A DNA stretch of 64,000 bases, from positions 32,001-96,000 of the IMG/VR virus record IMGVR_UViG_3300036768_001490; one strand, given 5' to 3'. Of the stretch, positions 19,057 through 28,642 are shown one piece after another. The notes below the pieces were generated by a model. It had not been told where the DNA came from. It searched no databases and worked only from the letters and a program-made list of their open reading frames with translations. The position numbers and the translations under genes were made by a program. Position 1 is the stretch's first letter. Each line of letters starts with the position of its first letter. The stretch is from a virus.

Positions 19057-22000
19057 CTAGAACATCTGGCCCCCTAGTATGGTAACGAAGATCGGGCAGG
19101 AAAAATTGCCGGTGTGATGGCCGGCGCCATGCACAAACAGGTTGTGGCCGAACCATTCCCCGGACGCGATGCCGTCAGGGTACACGGTCACGGCGCCGCG
19201 ACGGACTTCCGGCATGCCTAGGGCAAGGGCGGAAGAGGTTCCTGCCGGGGCAAGTACCAGTGCCAGCCGCACTGCACCGGACCCTTCCTCGGACGGTATG
19301 CCTGTCGGCGAAACCGTCAGCCCCATGTACGGTACACTGCATGCCTCTTCCGATGGAATCCCGACAGCATGGATGGTGTAGGTAGTCAGCTGGGTGACAG
19401 GGGTGCCGAATAATTCTCCGGATGGAATGCCACTCGGGGATACCGTCAGCTGGACATGTGACGTGCCAAACGATTCTCCGGATGGAATGCCACTCGGAGA
19501 TACCGTCAGACGGATGACAGTGGTGCCGAATACTTCCCCGGATGGAATGCCACTCGGGGATACCGTCAGCCGGATGACAGAGGTGCCGAATAATTCCCCG
19601 GATGGAATGCCACCAGGAGATACTGTCAGCTGGATGACAGGGGTGCCGAATAATTCCCCGGATGGAATGCCACTCGGGGATACCGTCAGCTGGATGACAG
19701 GGGTTCCGAATACTTCCCCAGATGGAATGCCACTCGGGGATACCGTCAGCTGGATGACAGTGGTGCCAAACTCTTCCCCGGATGGAATGCCACTCGGAGA
19801 TACCGTCAGGCGGATGACAGAGGTGCCAAATGCCTCTCCGGACGGAATGCTGTCCGGTGCAATGATTAGTGTGTCCAGCTGGACATGTGGCGTGCCAAAT
19901 ACTTCCCCGGATGGAATGCCACTCGGAGATACCGTCAGCCGGATGACAGAGGTGCCAAACGCTTCCCCGGACGGAATGCCACCAGGAGATACTGTCAGAC
20001 GGATGACAGAGGTGCCGAATACTTCCCCGGACGGAATACCACCAGGGGATACCGTCAGCTGGACACGTGGCGTGCCAAATACTTCCCCTGGTGGAATGCC
20101 ACCAGGAGATACCGTCAGACGGATGACAGAGGTGCCAAATGCTTCTCCGGATGGAATACCACTCGGAGATACTGTCAGCTGGATGACAGGGGTGCCAAAC
20201 GATTCTCCGGATGGAATGCCACCAGGAGATACTGTCAGCTTGATGACAGGGGTGCCGAACGATTCTCCGGACGGAATGCTGTCCGGTGCAATGATTAGTG
20301 TGCCTAGCTGGACATGTGGCGTTCCAAACGCTTCTCCAGACGAAATACCACTCGGAGATACCGTCAGCCGGATGACGGAGGTGCCAAACGCTTCCCCGGG
20401 CGGAATGCCACTCGGAGATACCGTCAGCTGGATGACAGTGGTGCCGAATACTTCCCCGGACGGAATGCCACCAGGAGATACCGCCAGACGGATGACAGGG
20501 GTGCCAAACGCTTCCCCGGGTGGAATGCCACCAGGAGATACTGTCAGCTGGATGACAGTGGTGCCAAACGCTTCCCCGGGTGGAATGCCACCAGGAGATA
20601 CTGTCAGCTGGATGACAGTGGTGCCGAATACTTCCCCGGATGGAATGCCACCAGGAGATACCGTCAGCTGGATGACGGGGGCGCCAAACGCTTCCCCGGA
20701 TGGAATGCTGTCCGGTGTAACGATTAGTGTGCCCAGCTGGACATGTGGCGTGCCAAACGATTCTCCGGATGGAATGCCACTCGGAGATACCGTCAGACGG
20801 ATGACAGGGGTGCCAAACGCTTCCCCGGGTGGAATGCCACCAGGAGATACCGTCAGACGGATGACAGTGGTGCCAAACGCTTCCCCGGACGGAATGCCAC
20901 CAGGAGATACTGTCAGACGGATGACAGGGGTGCCGAATACTTCCCCGGATGGAATGCCACTCGGAGATACCGTCAGACGGATGACAGGGGTGCCAAATGC
21001 TTCTCCGGACGGAATGCTGTCCGGTGCAATGATTAGTGTGCCCAGCTGGACATGTGGCGTGCCAAACGATTCTCCGGATGGAATGCCGCCAGGAGATACC
21101 GTCAGGCGGATGACATAGGTGCCGAATACTTCCCCAGATGGAATGCCACCAGGAGATACCGTCAGCTGGATGACAGGGGTGCCGAATACTTCCCCGGATG
21201 GAATGCCACCAGGAGATACTGTCAGACGGATGACAGAGGTGCCAAACGCTTCCCCGGATGGAATGCTGTCCGGTGTAATGATTAGTGTGCCCAGCTGGAC
21301 ATTTGGCGTGCCAAATACTTCTCCGGATGAAATGCCACTCGGAGATATTGTCAGACGGATGACAGAGGTGCCAAATGCTTCGTCAGACGGGATGCCGGTG
21401 CAGCGGACGGTGAGGCGAAGTCTGGCCGTGCCGAATGATTCCCCAGATGGGATGCCGGTCGGCTCCAGCGGCGCAGGCTCCAGGGCAATCAGCACCGAGG
21501 CCCAAGCAGCTGACCCACTTGCGGTATCGACAACGGTGCCGGTCGGCGACGTGCTGAAATACTCCCGGTCATGTAGGGCTACGGAGCCGCGTTTCCCGCC
21601 TGCGTTTGTCAGGTAACACTGCTGCGTGCCGGAAGTGGCGTCCTCGAAGCGGTAGGTGTACCCTGTGGGGGCCGTGCGCGTCCGGTCATACCCCATGCCG
21701 TTGCAGGCCAGGATGAAGCAACCGGCTCTGGTCGGCGTGATGCTATTGTGTTCGATGGTCGAGTCGCTGCCGGTGTTGAGGGTGCCTACCACGTTGGCAG
21801 GACTGCCGGTGCGCTTGACGCCGCGGTAAGCGGCAATGCCTCCAATCGGCGCGGTCCCGCTGGAGTGCGTCACCGTCAGGTTGGGCGTGGTGCCTGCGTA
21901 GCGGAAGTACCAGACAGACAATCGGCTGGTAGTGCCGCCGCCGTTGCCCTGGACAAGCTGCGTCCAGCCCGAGAAGGAATGCGCCACGTTGTCCGAGGAG

Positions 22001-22113
22001 TGGACAACGGCGATCCAGACGTCATCCACCTGGGGCGAGGGCGGTGCCCCCAGCGTGATGTTGCCGCTGGCGGCGGAGCCTTCGTCGCCGACGCCAACAA
22101 ACGTGATCGGCAC
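19057..22113 (-). CDS. Large virion appendage/fibre protein with about 38 tandem 20-23 aa repeats
   Basis: 1018 aa; globular beta-rich N-terminal domain then PxGIPSGExFGTxVIxLTVS repeats. Confidence 0.7.
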   Translation of the reverse strand: MPITFVGVGDEGSAASGNITLGAPPSPQVDDVWIAVVHSSDNVAHSFSGWTQLVQGNGGGTTSRLSVWYFRYAGTTPNLTVTHSSGTAPIGGIAAYRGVKRTGSPANVVGTLNTGSDSTIEHNSITPTRAGCFILACNGMGYDRTRTAPTGYTYRFEDATSGTQQCYLTNAGGKRGSVALHDREYFSTSPTGTVVDTASGSAAWASVLIALEPAPLEPTGIPSGESFGTARLRLTVRCTGIPSDEAFGTSVIRLTISPSGISSGEVFGTPNVQLGTLIITPDSIPSGEAFGTSVIRLTVSPGGIPSGEVFGTPVIQLTVSPGGIPSGEVFGTYVIRLTVSPGGIPSGESFGTPHVQLGTLIIAPDSIPSGEAFGTPVIRLTVSPSGIPSGEVFGTPVIRLTVSPGGIPSGEAFGTTVIRLTVSPGGIPPGEAFGTPVIRLTVSPSGIPSGESFGTPHVQLGTLIVTPDSIPSGEAFGAPVIQLTVSPGGIPSGEVFGTTVIQLTVSPGGIPPGEAFGTTVIQLTVSPGGIPPGEAFGTPVIRLAVSPGGIPSGEVFGTTVIQLTVSPSGIPPGEAFGTSVIRLTVSPSGISSGEAFGTPHVQLGTLIIAPDSIPSGESFGTPVIKLTVSPGGIPSGESFGTPVIQLTVSPSGIPSGEAFGTSVIRLTVSPGGIPPGEVFGTPRVQLTVSPGGIPSGEVFGTSVIRLTVSPGGIPSGEAFGTSVIRLTVSPSGIPSGEVFGTPHVQLDTLIIAPDSIPSGEAFGTSVIRLTVSPSGIPSGEEFGTTVIQLTVSPSGIPSGEVFGTPVIQLTVSPSGIPSGELFGTPVIQLTVSPGGIPSGELFGTSVIRLTVSPSGIPSGEVFGTTVIRLTVSPSGIPSGESFGTSHVQLTVSPSGIPSGELFGTPVTQLTTYTIHAVGIPSEEACSVPYMGLTVSPTGIPSEEGSGAVRLALVLAPAGTSSALALGMPEVRRGAVTVYPDGIASGEWFGHNLFVHGAGHHTGNFSCPIFVTILGGQMF
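19148..21462 (-). repeat. Coding tandem repeat array, 60-bp unit with periodic 69-bp variant
   Basis: By manual count, about 34 well-conserved plus 4 degenerate units; the 23-aa variants are units 3, 7, 12, 19 and 26. Confidence 0.95.
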
Positions 22114-22163
22114 GGGTGCGCCTCACCACACCATGCAGAGACAGGTCCAGGAGGGGACTCTTC

Positions 22164-22433
22164 TTACCCCCCGGTGCTCTGGCTGCCACCGGGCTCGCCG
22201 ACCGCAGCCGTCGAGGCGATGCTTTCTGCCGCTACGACGCGCCGGAGTGCTTCCTTCTGGTCATCGAGCAGTCCGGTCCACATGTTCTCGGCCTCTGCTT
22301 GGGCCAGCAGCTTGTCCCGCTGGGATACCAGCTCCAGGATCTGCGCCCGGCGGGACTCACGCTCTGCCGCCAGGGCGGCGCTGAGATCCGCGATCATCTC
22401 CTCCAGCTCTGCGATCCGTTGCGCTGTGTTCAT
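22164..22433 (-). CDS. Small coiled-coil hypothetical protein
   Basis: ATGA overlap with upstream gene, SD GGAG; 89 aa heptad-like sequence. Confidence 0.55.
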   Translation of the reverse strand: MNTAQRIAELEEMIADLSAALAAERESRRAQILELVSQRDKLLAQAEAENMWTGLLDDQKEALRRVVAAESIASTAAVGEPGGSQSTGG

Positions 22434-22960
22434 TCCTGACACCTCCTGGCTGGCGGCCGCACCGCCACGGTGGGCCTGCCAACGGAACCCCGGGGACGGA
22501 TGCCGCCGCACGCGGCGGCACTCTGGCCTGCCTCGTACAGCTTGCGTTGGTCGGAAGTCAGTTGCAGCGGTATGCCCAGGCACCAGAGGAGGGCCTGGTC
22601 CGCAATCTGCCGTTCCGCCACAGCCGCCGTGTCGGCCTCGACCTCCTTGGCCTGGGTGTAGGCGGCCTTGCCGACCTCGTAGGCTGACTCGTGCGGCGCC
22701 TCCAGCCACAGCCTCCCGTCCAGCTCGACCAGGACCATCAGACCGAACCGGCGCACGACGAGCCGTCCGTCTCCCACCCGTTCCGGTCCGAGGTCTGCTG
22801 GCTCCGTGCCCGTGGCCGCGTAGCGGCGCGCCTCCTCAAAACGGCGCTTGAGCGCCAGATAGAAGTCCACGGCGGCCGGCCAGCTCAGGCCGATGCCTCG
22901 GCCGTTGCTCGTGATTACTACCCAGTTGCCGCGACGACCGACCCTGCATTCCTGCCGCAC
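22430..22960 (-). CDS. Hypothetical protein
   Basis: Open frame; likely GTG start 9 nt after the 17-bp AT-rich motif; two internally similar halves. Confidence 0.5.
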   Translation of the reverse strand: MRQECRVGRRGNWVVITSNGRGIGLSWPAAVDFYLALKRRFEEARRYAATGTEPADLGPERVGDGRLVVRRFGLMVLVELDGRLWLEAPHESAYEVGKAAYTQAKEVEADTAAVAERQIADQALLWCLGIPLQLTSDQRKLYEAGQSAAACGGIRPRGSVGRPTVAVRPPARRCQE

Positions 22961-22969
22961 GGGAAAGTT

Positions 22970-22986
22970 CCAAAATCCGTTTTTTA
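22970..22986 (-). promoter_or_regulatory. 17-bp AT-rich motif TAAAAAACGGATTTTGG, copy 1
   Basis: Identical to 45801..45817; both copies begin at a TAA stop and precede a GTG start. Confidence 0.5.
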
Positions 22987-23394
22987 CAACTTGAAGATGC
23001 GGTTCGGCCCGTTGTCCCACTGGATGATAATGTCGCCGCCGTTCGGTGTCACTGGCAGGCCCGTGGCCGTGTCGATGAATGCGATCAGGTACTTGGCCGA
23101 CTCGGAAGCTGGCGTGTCATCGTAAATGACAATCGACTCGACAGAGGCCCCGGACACGGTCGAGAGCGTGACGTCGGCCGCGTCGGCCACGCCCGCCGTC
23201 GAGGTCTTGGAAGTGAAGTTGCCGCTGGTGGCGACCCGCGCCCCGGCAGCGATGTCGTCGAGGAAGTCGTCGCTGGACACGGACGGCGTATCGACGCCGT
23301 GGTCCACCAGGACCAAGCGGATGTTGTCCGCTGTCCAGTCGATATTTGCATCCAGGAAGTGCCCGCGGGCAGAGTCAAACAATGCATTGGCCAT
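22984..23394 (-). CDS. Conserved phage virion structural (minor tail-type) protein
   Basis: 136 aa MANALFDSARGHFL...GLPVTPNGGDIIIQWDNGPNRIFKL, a pattern I recognise from many phage genomes; strong SD. Confidence 0.65.
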   Translation of the reverse strand: MANALFDSARGHFLDANIDWTADNIRLVLVDHGVDTPSVSSDDFLDDIAAGARVATSGNFTSKTSTAGVADAADVTLSTVSGASVESIVIYDDTPASESAKYLIAFIDTATGLPVTPNGGDIIIQWDNGPNRIFKL

Positions 23395-23421
23395 CAGTGG
23401 CAGTCCCCTTTCTCCCTAGAC

Positions 23422-25065
23422 CTAGATGAGGGGCGATTCCGCAATGACCGTCTCGCTGCCGTCTCCCCACAGGGCGACCAGCTGCGAGCGCGTCCCCATG
23501 CCGCTGCTCAGGCTCAGGCTGCCCGTGTCGTTGCGCAGGTAAAGACGGACCCGGTTGGGCAATGGTATCTGGGGCGCCGGGATCTCTTCCAGCTCGATGT
23601 AGTCGCCGATTCCCACTCCCTGGGCTCCCTGGGCTCCCTGGGCTCCCTGGGCGCCACCGCTGCTGCTGTGCGTGAAGCTGAGGACCACCTGGTCGTTCGC
23701 GGCAAAGGAGCCGTTGCCGGTGATGTAGGACACCGTGAACTTGCGGTAGCCGTTGCCGTTTATCACGTTGCCGCTGACAACGTAGACGGCGAACCGGCTG
23801 CTGTCATCTTCCTTGAAGATGCGCAGGATGCCTCGGTGGGAGACCGGGCCCGTGTCGTCGAAGCTGTCCAGCCAAGAGGTCCGGTCCGCCAGCAGGCGGT
23901 CCAGGTTGTCGGCGTAGATGGTCGTGACCGAGGACGGGACGGCGTGGTCGTAGCGCAGGTAGCCGGGCCCCGGGTCCGAGTCCAGCAGAGACGAGGAGAA
24001 CGTGTATGGCGCGCTGTTGCCGCCGGCGTCTCCCCGGCTGCCCTGTGCCCCTGGCACGCCCTGGGCGCCTTGCGCCCCAGGTGGTCCCTGCGCCCCCTGG
24101 TCGCCCTGGAAGCCGGCGTCTCCGGGGCTGCCCTGCGCCCCCTGGGAACCTGTGGCTCCAGGCTGTCCCTGCTCGCCGGCGGGGCCCTGGGGGCCCTGGA
24201 GTCCGGTGCTGCCGGCAGGCCCCTGTTCCCCCGGCACGCCCTGGGCTCCCTGCGGACCAGGGTCGCCCTGTGCCCCCTGGTTCCCCTGGTAGCCCTGGTC
24301 GCCCGGGATGCCTGGCTCCCCCTGGAACCCCTGGGCTCCCACGGCGCCCTGGGCGCCTGTCTCACCCTGCGGTCCCATCGGACCCTGGGCCCCCACGGCG
24401 CCCTGGGCACCTACCGGACCTTGCATGCCCATTGGACCCTGGGCCCCTGTTGGCCCCTGGGGACCAGCATCTCCCTGTTTCCCCTGGGCACCGCTCAGGC
24501 CGGCCATGCCTTGCCTGCCCTGTGCCCCCTGGCTGCCCTGGGCGCCCACGGCACCCTGGGGACCGGCCGGCCCCACCGCGCCTTGGGCGCCGGCCACCCC
24601 CTGCGGCCCCTGGGGACCGGCACTTCCCTGCTTGCCCTGTGCTCCTTGGCTGCCCTGTACGCCGGCTGGACCCTGCGCCCCCACCACTCCCTGGGCGCCG
24701 ACCGGACCCTGAGCCCCCGTCTGGCCCTGGGGGCCTGCTGGGCCCTGCGCCCCCACTGTGCCCTGGGCGCCGACCGGACCCTGAGCCCCCGTCGGACCCT
24801 GGGGGCCTGCTGGTCCCGTGGCGCCGGGCGGACCCTGCTGGCCCGTGGCACCCTGGGCGCCCTGTGGACCTGGACTGCCCTGGCTGCCCTGGAAGCCGTG
24901 CGCTGGCCCCTGGAATCCCTGGGCGCCGACTGGACCGGGCTGGCCCTGGTATCCCTGGTGGCCACGGATGCCTTGGTAGCCGCGTAGTCCCCGCGGGCCC
25001 TGGCTCCCCTGAAAGCCGCGCACGCCGCTGGGACCGGGCGGGCCTTCCCGAGCGGTGGTTGTCAT
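23422..25065 (-). CDS. Collagen-like (Gly-X-Y) fibre protein
   Basis: About 113 G-X-Y triplets (GAQ, GPQ, GFQ) then a globular C-terminal domain and a short (GAQ)4; SD GAGGAGG. Confidence 0.9.
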   Translation of the reverse strand: MTTTAREGPPGPSGVRGFQGSQGPRGLRGYQGIRGHQGYQGQPGPVGAQGFQGPAHGFQGSQGSPGPQGAQGATGQQGPPGATGPAGPQGPTGAQGPVGAQGTVGAQGPAGPQGQTGAQGPVGAQGVVGAQGPAGVQGSQGAQGKQGSAGPQGPQGVAGAQGAVGPAGPQGAVGAQGSQGAQGRQGMAGLSGAQGKQGDAGPQGPTGAQGPMGMQGPVGAQGAVGAQGPMGPQGETGAQGAVGAQGFQGEPGIPGDQGYQGNQGAQGDPGPQGAQGVPGEQGPAGSTGLQGPQGPAGEQGQPGATGSQGAQGSPGDAGFQGDQGAQGPPGAQGAQGVPGAQGSRGDAGGNSAPYTFSSSLLDSDPGPGYLRYDHAVPSSVTTIYADNLDRLLADRTSWLDSFDDTGPVSHRGILRIFKEDDSSRFAVYVVSGNVINGNGYRKFTVSYITGNGSFAANDQVVLSFTHSSSGGAQGAQGAQGAQGVGIGDYIELEEIPAPQIPLPNRVRLYLRNDTGSLSLSSGMGTRSQLVALWGDGSETVIAESPLI

Positions 25066-25078
25066 CTCGCCTCCTCGA

Positions 25079-25113
25079 CAAAAACGGCGGGCCCGGTAAG
25101 GGTGCCCGCCGTT
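25079..25113 (-). terminator. Rho-independent terminator
   Basis: 10-bp stem AACGGCGGGC/GCCCGCCGTT running into a T5 tract on the minus strand, just before the collagen-gene SD. Confidence 0.7.
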
Positions 25114-25156
25114 GCGGGTCCGCGCGACCGACGCGCCGGCGGTGACTGGAAGAGCC

Positions 25157-25504
25157 TCACGGCCCGGACAGGGAAACGTTCCAGCAGGGATCGGCCACGC
25201 CGAGCACGCCGTTGGTCAACTTGAGTGTGCGGACGGAGCCTGGATGGTTCGTGTCCTCCAGGACGGGGCTGGGGGTCTGGATGATCTCCAGGTCGCCACG
25301 TTGCAGGGCGCGCTCGAAGGCGAGGATGGAGCGGCGCGCCTCTCCCCGCTCGAAGCGGACCAGGGACTCCTTGATGTCGCCGAAGACGGTGAACTCTTCT
25401 CCGGCATCCAGCTCGCGTCCGTGCGGCGGCAGGAAGCCGAACTTCTTCCGTCCGCCCGACGTGTTCTTGACGGTGGAGTACAAGCACTGCATATCGTAAG
25501 GCAT
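25157..25504 (-). CDS. Hypothetical protein (head module)
   Basis: 115 aa, SD GAGGAGGG. Confidence 0.65.
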   Translation of the reverse strand: MPYDMQCLYSTVKNTSGGRKKFGFLPPHGRELDAGEEFTVFGDIKESLVRFERGEARRSILAFERALQRGDLEIIQTPSPVLEDTNHPGSVRTLKLTNGVLGVADPCWNVSLSGP

Positions 25505-25557
25505 GGGTGCCCTCCTCGGTCATCCGGGGAACAGCGCCGCCGGCGCTGGCCAGCTAC

Positions 25558-25995
25558 CTACCGCGACGCTTCCAGCTGTGCCTGGATTTCGGCTGCCTCG
25601 GCTGCCTTCAGGGCCAGGACCGAGTTGTACAGGATGGGGTTGCGGCACAGGTCCACGGCTGCCTGCCACTTGGCCATTTCCTCGTTGGCGGCCTGGGCCT
25701 GCTTGATGCTTCCGTCCAGACCGTGCGAGCTTACGACGTGGTCCAGCATCCGGTTGGCCACGAAGTAGGGGTTAACCGCTGTCGAGCCGGCGTCCTGCGC
25801 CTGCTTGACCACGGCGTCGTGCTCGACCAGGCGCAGCTTGCCGGCCGTTTCCAGCATCCACTGCGCCTCTTCCGGGCTACGGGGGCAGTAGCCGGCTGCA
25901 GCGCACTTGTTGAAGAACACCTGCTGGTGGACGGCGGTGAACAGGTTGTTGTAGGCCGTCTGGACGTCTGGCAGGACGGACTGGTTCTCGTTCAC
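25558..25995 (-). CDS. Hypothetical protein with K-x-A sites
   Basis: Likely GTG start at 25995 with SD GGGAG; 4 of 6 Lys are in K-x-A. Confidence 0.6.
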   Translation of the reverse strand: MNENQSVLPDVQTAYNNLFTAVHQQVFFNKCAAAGYCPRSPEEAQWMLETAGKLRLVEHDAVVKQAQDAGSTAVNPYFVANRMLDHVVSSHGLDGSIKQAQAANEEMAKWQAAVDLCRNPILYNSVLALKAAEAAEIQAQLEASR

Positions 25996-26043
25996 GGGTA
26001 TGTACTCCCAGGACAATTATGGGTCGGCCGGAGCCGCCACGGG

Positions 26044-26400
26044 TCACATGCCGCCAAGCAACTGCCGCAGGCGCGCCAGCTCCTCCGCGCTGAGCGCCTC
26101 CTGCTTCTGGAGCGCCTGTTCGCCGCCGGCCTCACGCAAGAGCTTGCGCAGCAACAGCTCCCGGAGCAGCTGGTCCGTGGCCGTGTCCGGACGAGAAGGC
26201 TGCTGCACGACAACGGGACTGAACACCGGCGCCGGATAGTAGTAATAGCTGAAGTAAGTGACGTAGGCCGGCGATGGAGAATACACCGACCGGCTGGCAG
26301 AGGAGTAGCACGAGGAGCCATGTGCCGCCGCCGGCGCCGCCAGTCCCAGCAGGCTGGCAAGGAACATGGCCGCCGGCACCAGGAACAAGGATGGCCTCAT
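26044..26400 (-). CDS. Small protein with N-terminal signal peptide
   Basis: MRPSLFLVPAAMFLASLLGLAAPAAA-HG (AxA cleavage-like site), Tyr/Ser-rich middle, helical C-terminus. Confidence 0.6.
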   Translation of the reverse strand: MRPSLFLVPAAMFLASLLGLAAPAAAHGSSCYSSASRSVYSPSPAYVTYFSYYYYPAPVFSPVVVQQPSRPDTATDQLLRELLLRKLLREAGGEQALQKQEALSAEELARLRQLLGGM

Positions 26401-26430
26401 GGATGGTCCCCTTTCTGTCCAGCGGAAGGA

Positions 26431-26829
26431 CTAGCCCTGGTTCTTGAAGAAGTCCTGTCCGATCATGCCGTTGTTGCGGTAGTAGTCGCGCGAGCGCGGG
26501 ATGCCGAGACTGTCCAGCTCGATCTTCCAGGAGTTCGGGCTGTGCGGGATAGGCGGCGCCGACGGGTTGGTCTCATGGTTTGCGATCTCGTCCTTCCTGT
26601 CCGCCGCATAGAACCGGCGCGTGCTCCCCTGGTTGTTGCGGATTGAGGTCCGGACCAGCTCCGGCACGCCAGGCGTGTACCCCTGGCCGGCGACCGTGCC
26701 AGGCGGCTGGACAACGTTGACCCGGGTAATGGCCTGGTCCACGTAGACGCCACGAGGGGCCTGGCTGTTGGCAGCCAGCGTCGTGCGCACGGGCTGGGCC
26801 TGGGGCCTTGGGTCGTTAGGGCTGCTCAT
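26431..26829 (-). CDS. Hypothetical protein
   Basis: ATG 26829 with SD GGAGGAGGG, directly downstream of the MCP. Confidence 0.6.
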   Translation of the reverse strand: MSSPNDPRPQAQPVRTTLAANSQAPRGVYVDQAITRVNVVQPPGTVAGQGYTPGVPELVRTSIRNNQGSTRRFYAADRKDEIANHETNPSAPPIPHSPNSWKIELDSLGIPRSRDYYRNNGMIGQDFFKNQG

Positions 26830-26908
26830 GGTCTGTCCCTCCTCCGTCACCGGAGGCGGCCGGCACGGCCGCTCCTCCCTTCCCTGTCCTGTCCGTCGTC
26901 TCCGCTCC

Positions 26909-27850
26909 TTACTGGAAGTCGGCGCGGGCCAGACCGCCCGTATGGCCGATGGCGCCGCCCAGCGTCTCGTAAGCGAAGAACTCCAGCATGTATGCTTCGC
27001 GCCGGATGTACATGGTCGTGTCTTCCAGCAGGTAGCTCTTGCCGATGAACTTCGGATCCGCGAACTGGTAGATAGTGTTGGTCGGCACCAGGCCCTTCTT
27101 GATCGTGATAATCCAGTTGACGCCGAGGAACTGCTGGAGCGACCAGCCGTTCTTCATGATGTCCTCGGCCAGCGTGCCGCCCATCTCGTTGTGGGTGAAC
27201 TTGCCCACTTCCTTGATGGTGATGTTGTTCAGCAGGCAGACGTGGACCTCCAGGTTCGACGGCGTGTTGGGCATGATCTTGAGGCTGTCCCAGAGCGTGT
27301 CCCGGGTAATGCCTCCAGCGATGACCTCGTACTGCACCGTGCCAGAGGTCGGCACGACCAGGCCAGGTCCGACCAGGGCCGCGTTGACAGCGCGGAGGAA
27401 CTTGCCGTCCTCCTCTGCCAGCATGTCCTTGATGGCGTTGTCGGACAGCACCTGGCGGATGTCCATGACCCAGGTACGCAGCTCGTCCACGTCCTTGGTG
27501 AAGCGCTGCGTGACGATGCGGTCGAACATGACCCGGTAGCGCGGGCCGCGGATGTACAGGTTCGTCGGCAGCGTGGCGAAGGGGATGGAGATGGCCGCGG
27601 GGGAGTCCGGTTCCTTGTCCACCACCTTGACCGGCTTGTCCGTGTCCACCTGCCGGTCCAGCTCGTCGTTGGTGATCTGGAGCGGCGGTATGAGGCGCCG
27701 GTAGAAGCCGTCTTCACGCATCTTGGTGCGCGTGAAGTCATTGATCCCGTCGATGGCCTGCTTCTCCATGACCGGGTCATTGCTGGAGAGATACTCGAAG
27801 GCGGCCTCGGACATCATCTTCGATTCTTCTCGCGTGAGTACCTGGGGCAT
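26909..27850 (-). CDS. Major capsid protein (HK97-fold)
   Basis: 313 aa, last gene of the protease-scaffold-decoration-capsid order; sequence pattern (FTRTKMREDGFYRRLIPP...AEEDGKFL) fits HK97/encapsulin-like capsids. Confidence 0.75.
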   Translation of the reverse strand: MPQVLTREESKMMSEAAFEYLSSNDPVMEKQAIDGINDFTRTKMREDGFYRRLIPPLQITNDELDRQVDTDKPVKVVDKEPDSPAAISIPFATLPTNLYIRGPRYRVMFDRIVTQRFTKDVDELRTWVMDIRQVLSDNAIKDMLAEEDGKFLRAVNAALVGPGLVVPTSGTVQYEVIAGGITRDTLWDSLKIMPNTPSNLEVHVCLLNNITIKEVGKFTHNEMGGTLAEDIMKNGWSLQQFLGVNWIITIKKGLVPTNTIYQFADPKFIGKSYLLEDTTMYIRREAYMLEFFAYETLGGAIGHTGGLARADFQ

Positions 27851-28042
27851 GATCGGTAGACCTCCGTGCAGAAGGTATGTTCATCCTTGGAAACGGGGCG
27901 GCCACGGCCGCCCTCACCTTCCGGACCGTCCGCCTTTCTAGTGGCGGCACGCCACGGCCGGCATGTGTGAAGACGGTGCGCCCCAGGCATACGACCATGC
28001 GCTGCGCCGCCGGGGCGGCCCCGGCGCGGCGCTGCCGGGCCA
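27851..28042 (-). promoter_or_regulatory. Structured 190-nt leader upstream of the MCP
   Basis: At least three GC hairpins (GCCGGGG/CCCCGGC; CCGCC/GGCGG; GGGCGGC/GCCGCCC) before SD GGAGG. Confidence 0.35.
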
Positions 28043-28573
28043 TTACGACGGGAATACGGGGAACGGCCAGAAGGCGACCGCGTCGTGCCCGTAGCCGTTG
28101 TCCACAATGCCGCGGCTGACGAAGCCGACGATCATGTCGGTGTACAGCGTACCCGGCCGTAGCTTACCCGCGTGGACGCCGGACAGCGGCGAGGTCAGCG
28201 GCGTGTTGATGTTGAAGGTGTCCGTCTTGACGAAGGCAGTGCTCACCAGCTCGTAGGCGCCCACGGCCACCAAGGCCATCGCCTGCCCGGTCGGGTTGAT
28301 GGCAACCCACACCCCTTTCTCAGTGGCCGGGTCGCCGCCATCGTTCTTGACGTCGGGATCGTTGGAGCCGTTGAACATGAACAGGGGCATCACCCGGAGC
28401 GTGCCCACGCCCAGTTCGTACTTGCCGTCCGCGTTCAAATGGACCACGGCACCCGGCGGCACGTCCTGGGTGACGGTCTCGTCGAACTCGGTATGGAAAT
28501 CGACGGCGGCGGGGGCTGGCCAGCCCTTCAAAGCGTTCAGCGTGTTCGCCGTCATCTGGCGAGGAGCGGACAT
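28043..28573 (-). CDS. Head decoration/cement protein (putative)
   Basis: 176 aa directly upstream of the MCP; beta-rich, size typical of lambda-D-like decoration proteins. Confidence 0.5.
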   Translation of the reverse strand: MSAPRQMTANTLNALKGWPAPAAVDFHTEFDETVTQDVPPGAVVHLNADGKYELGVGTLRVMPLFMFNGSNDPDVKNDGGDPATEKGVWVAINPTGQAMALVAVGAYELVSTAFVKTDTFNINTPLTSPLSGVHAGKLRPGTLYTDMIVGFVSRGIVDNGYGHDAVAFWPFPVFPS

Positions 28574-28642
28574 AACGGTATCCTCCGTGAAACCCTTGCT
28601 TCGTGCAGTCCATGCACTTCCGTCGCGCCGGTCCGGCTTGTC

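Noticed and set aside
19394-21118. 574-aa plus-strand ORF and companion short repeat ORFs
   Set aside because: Antisense shadows of the repeat gene; the repeat simply lacks stops in those frames, and there is no SD or context.
19148-21462. CRISPR array or DGR variable region
   Set aside because: Units are contiguous and in frame with no unique spacers; no cas or reverse transcriptase gene in the window, and variation is not adenine-specific by eye.
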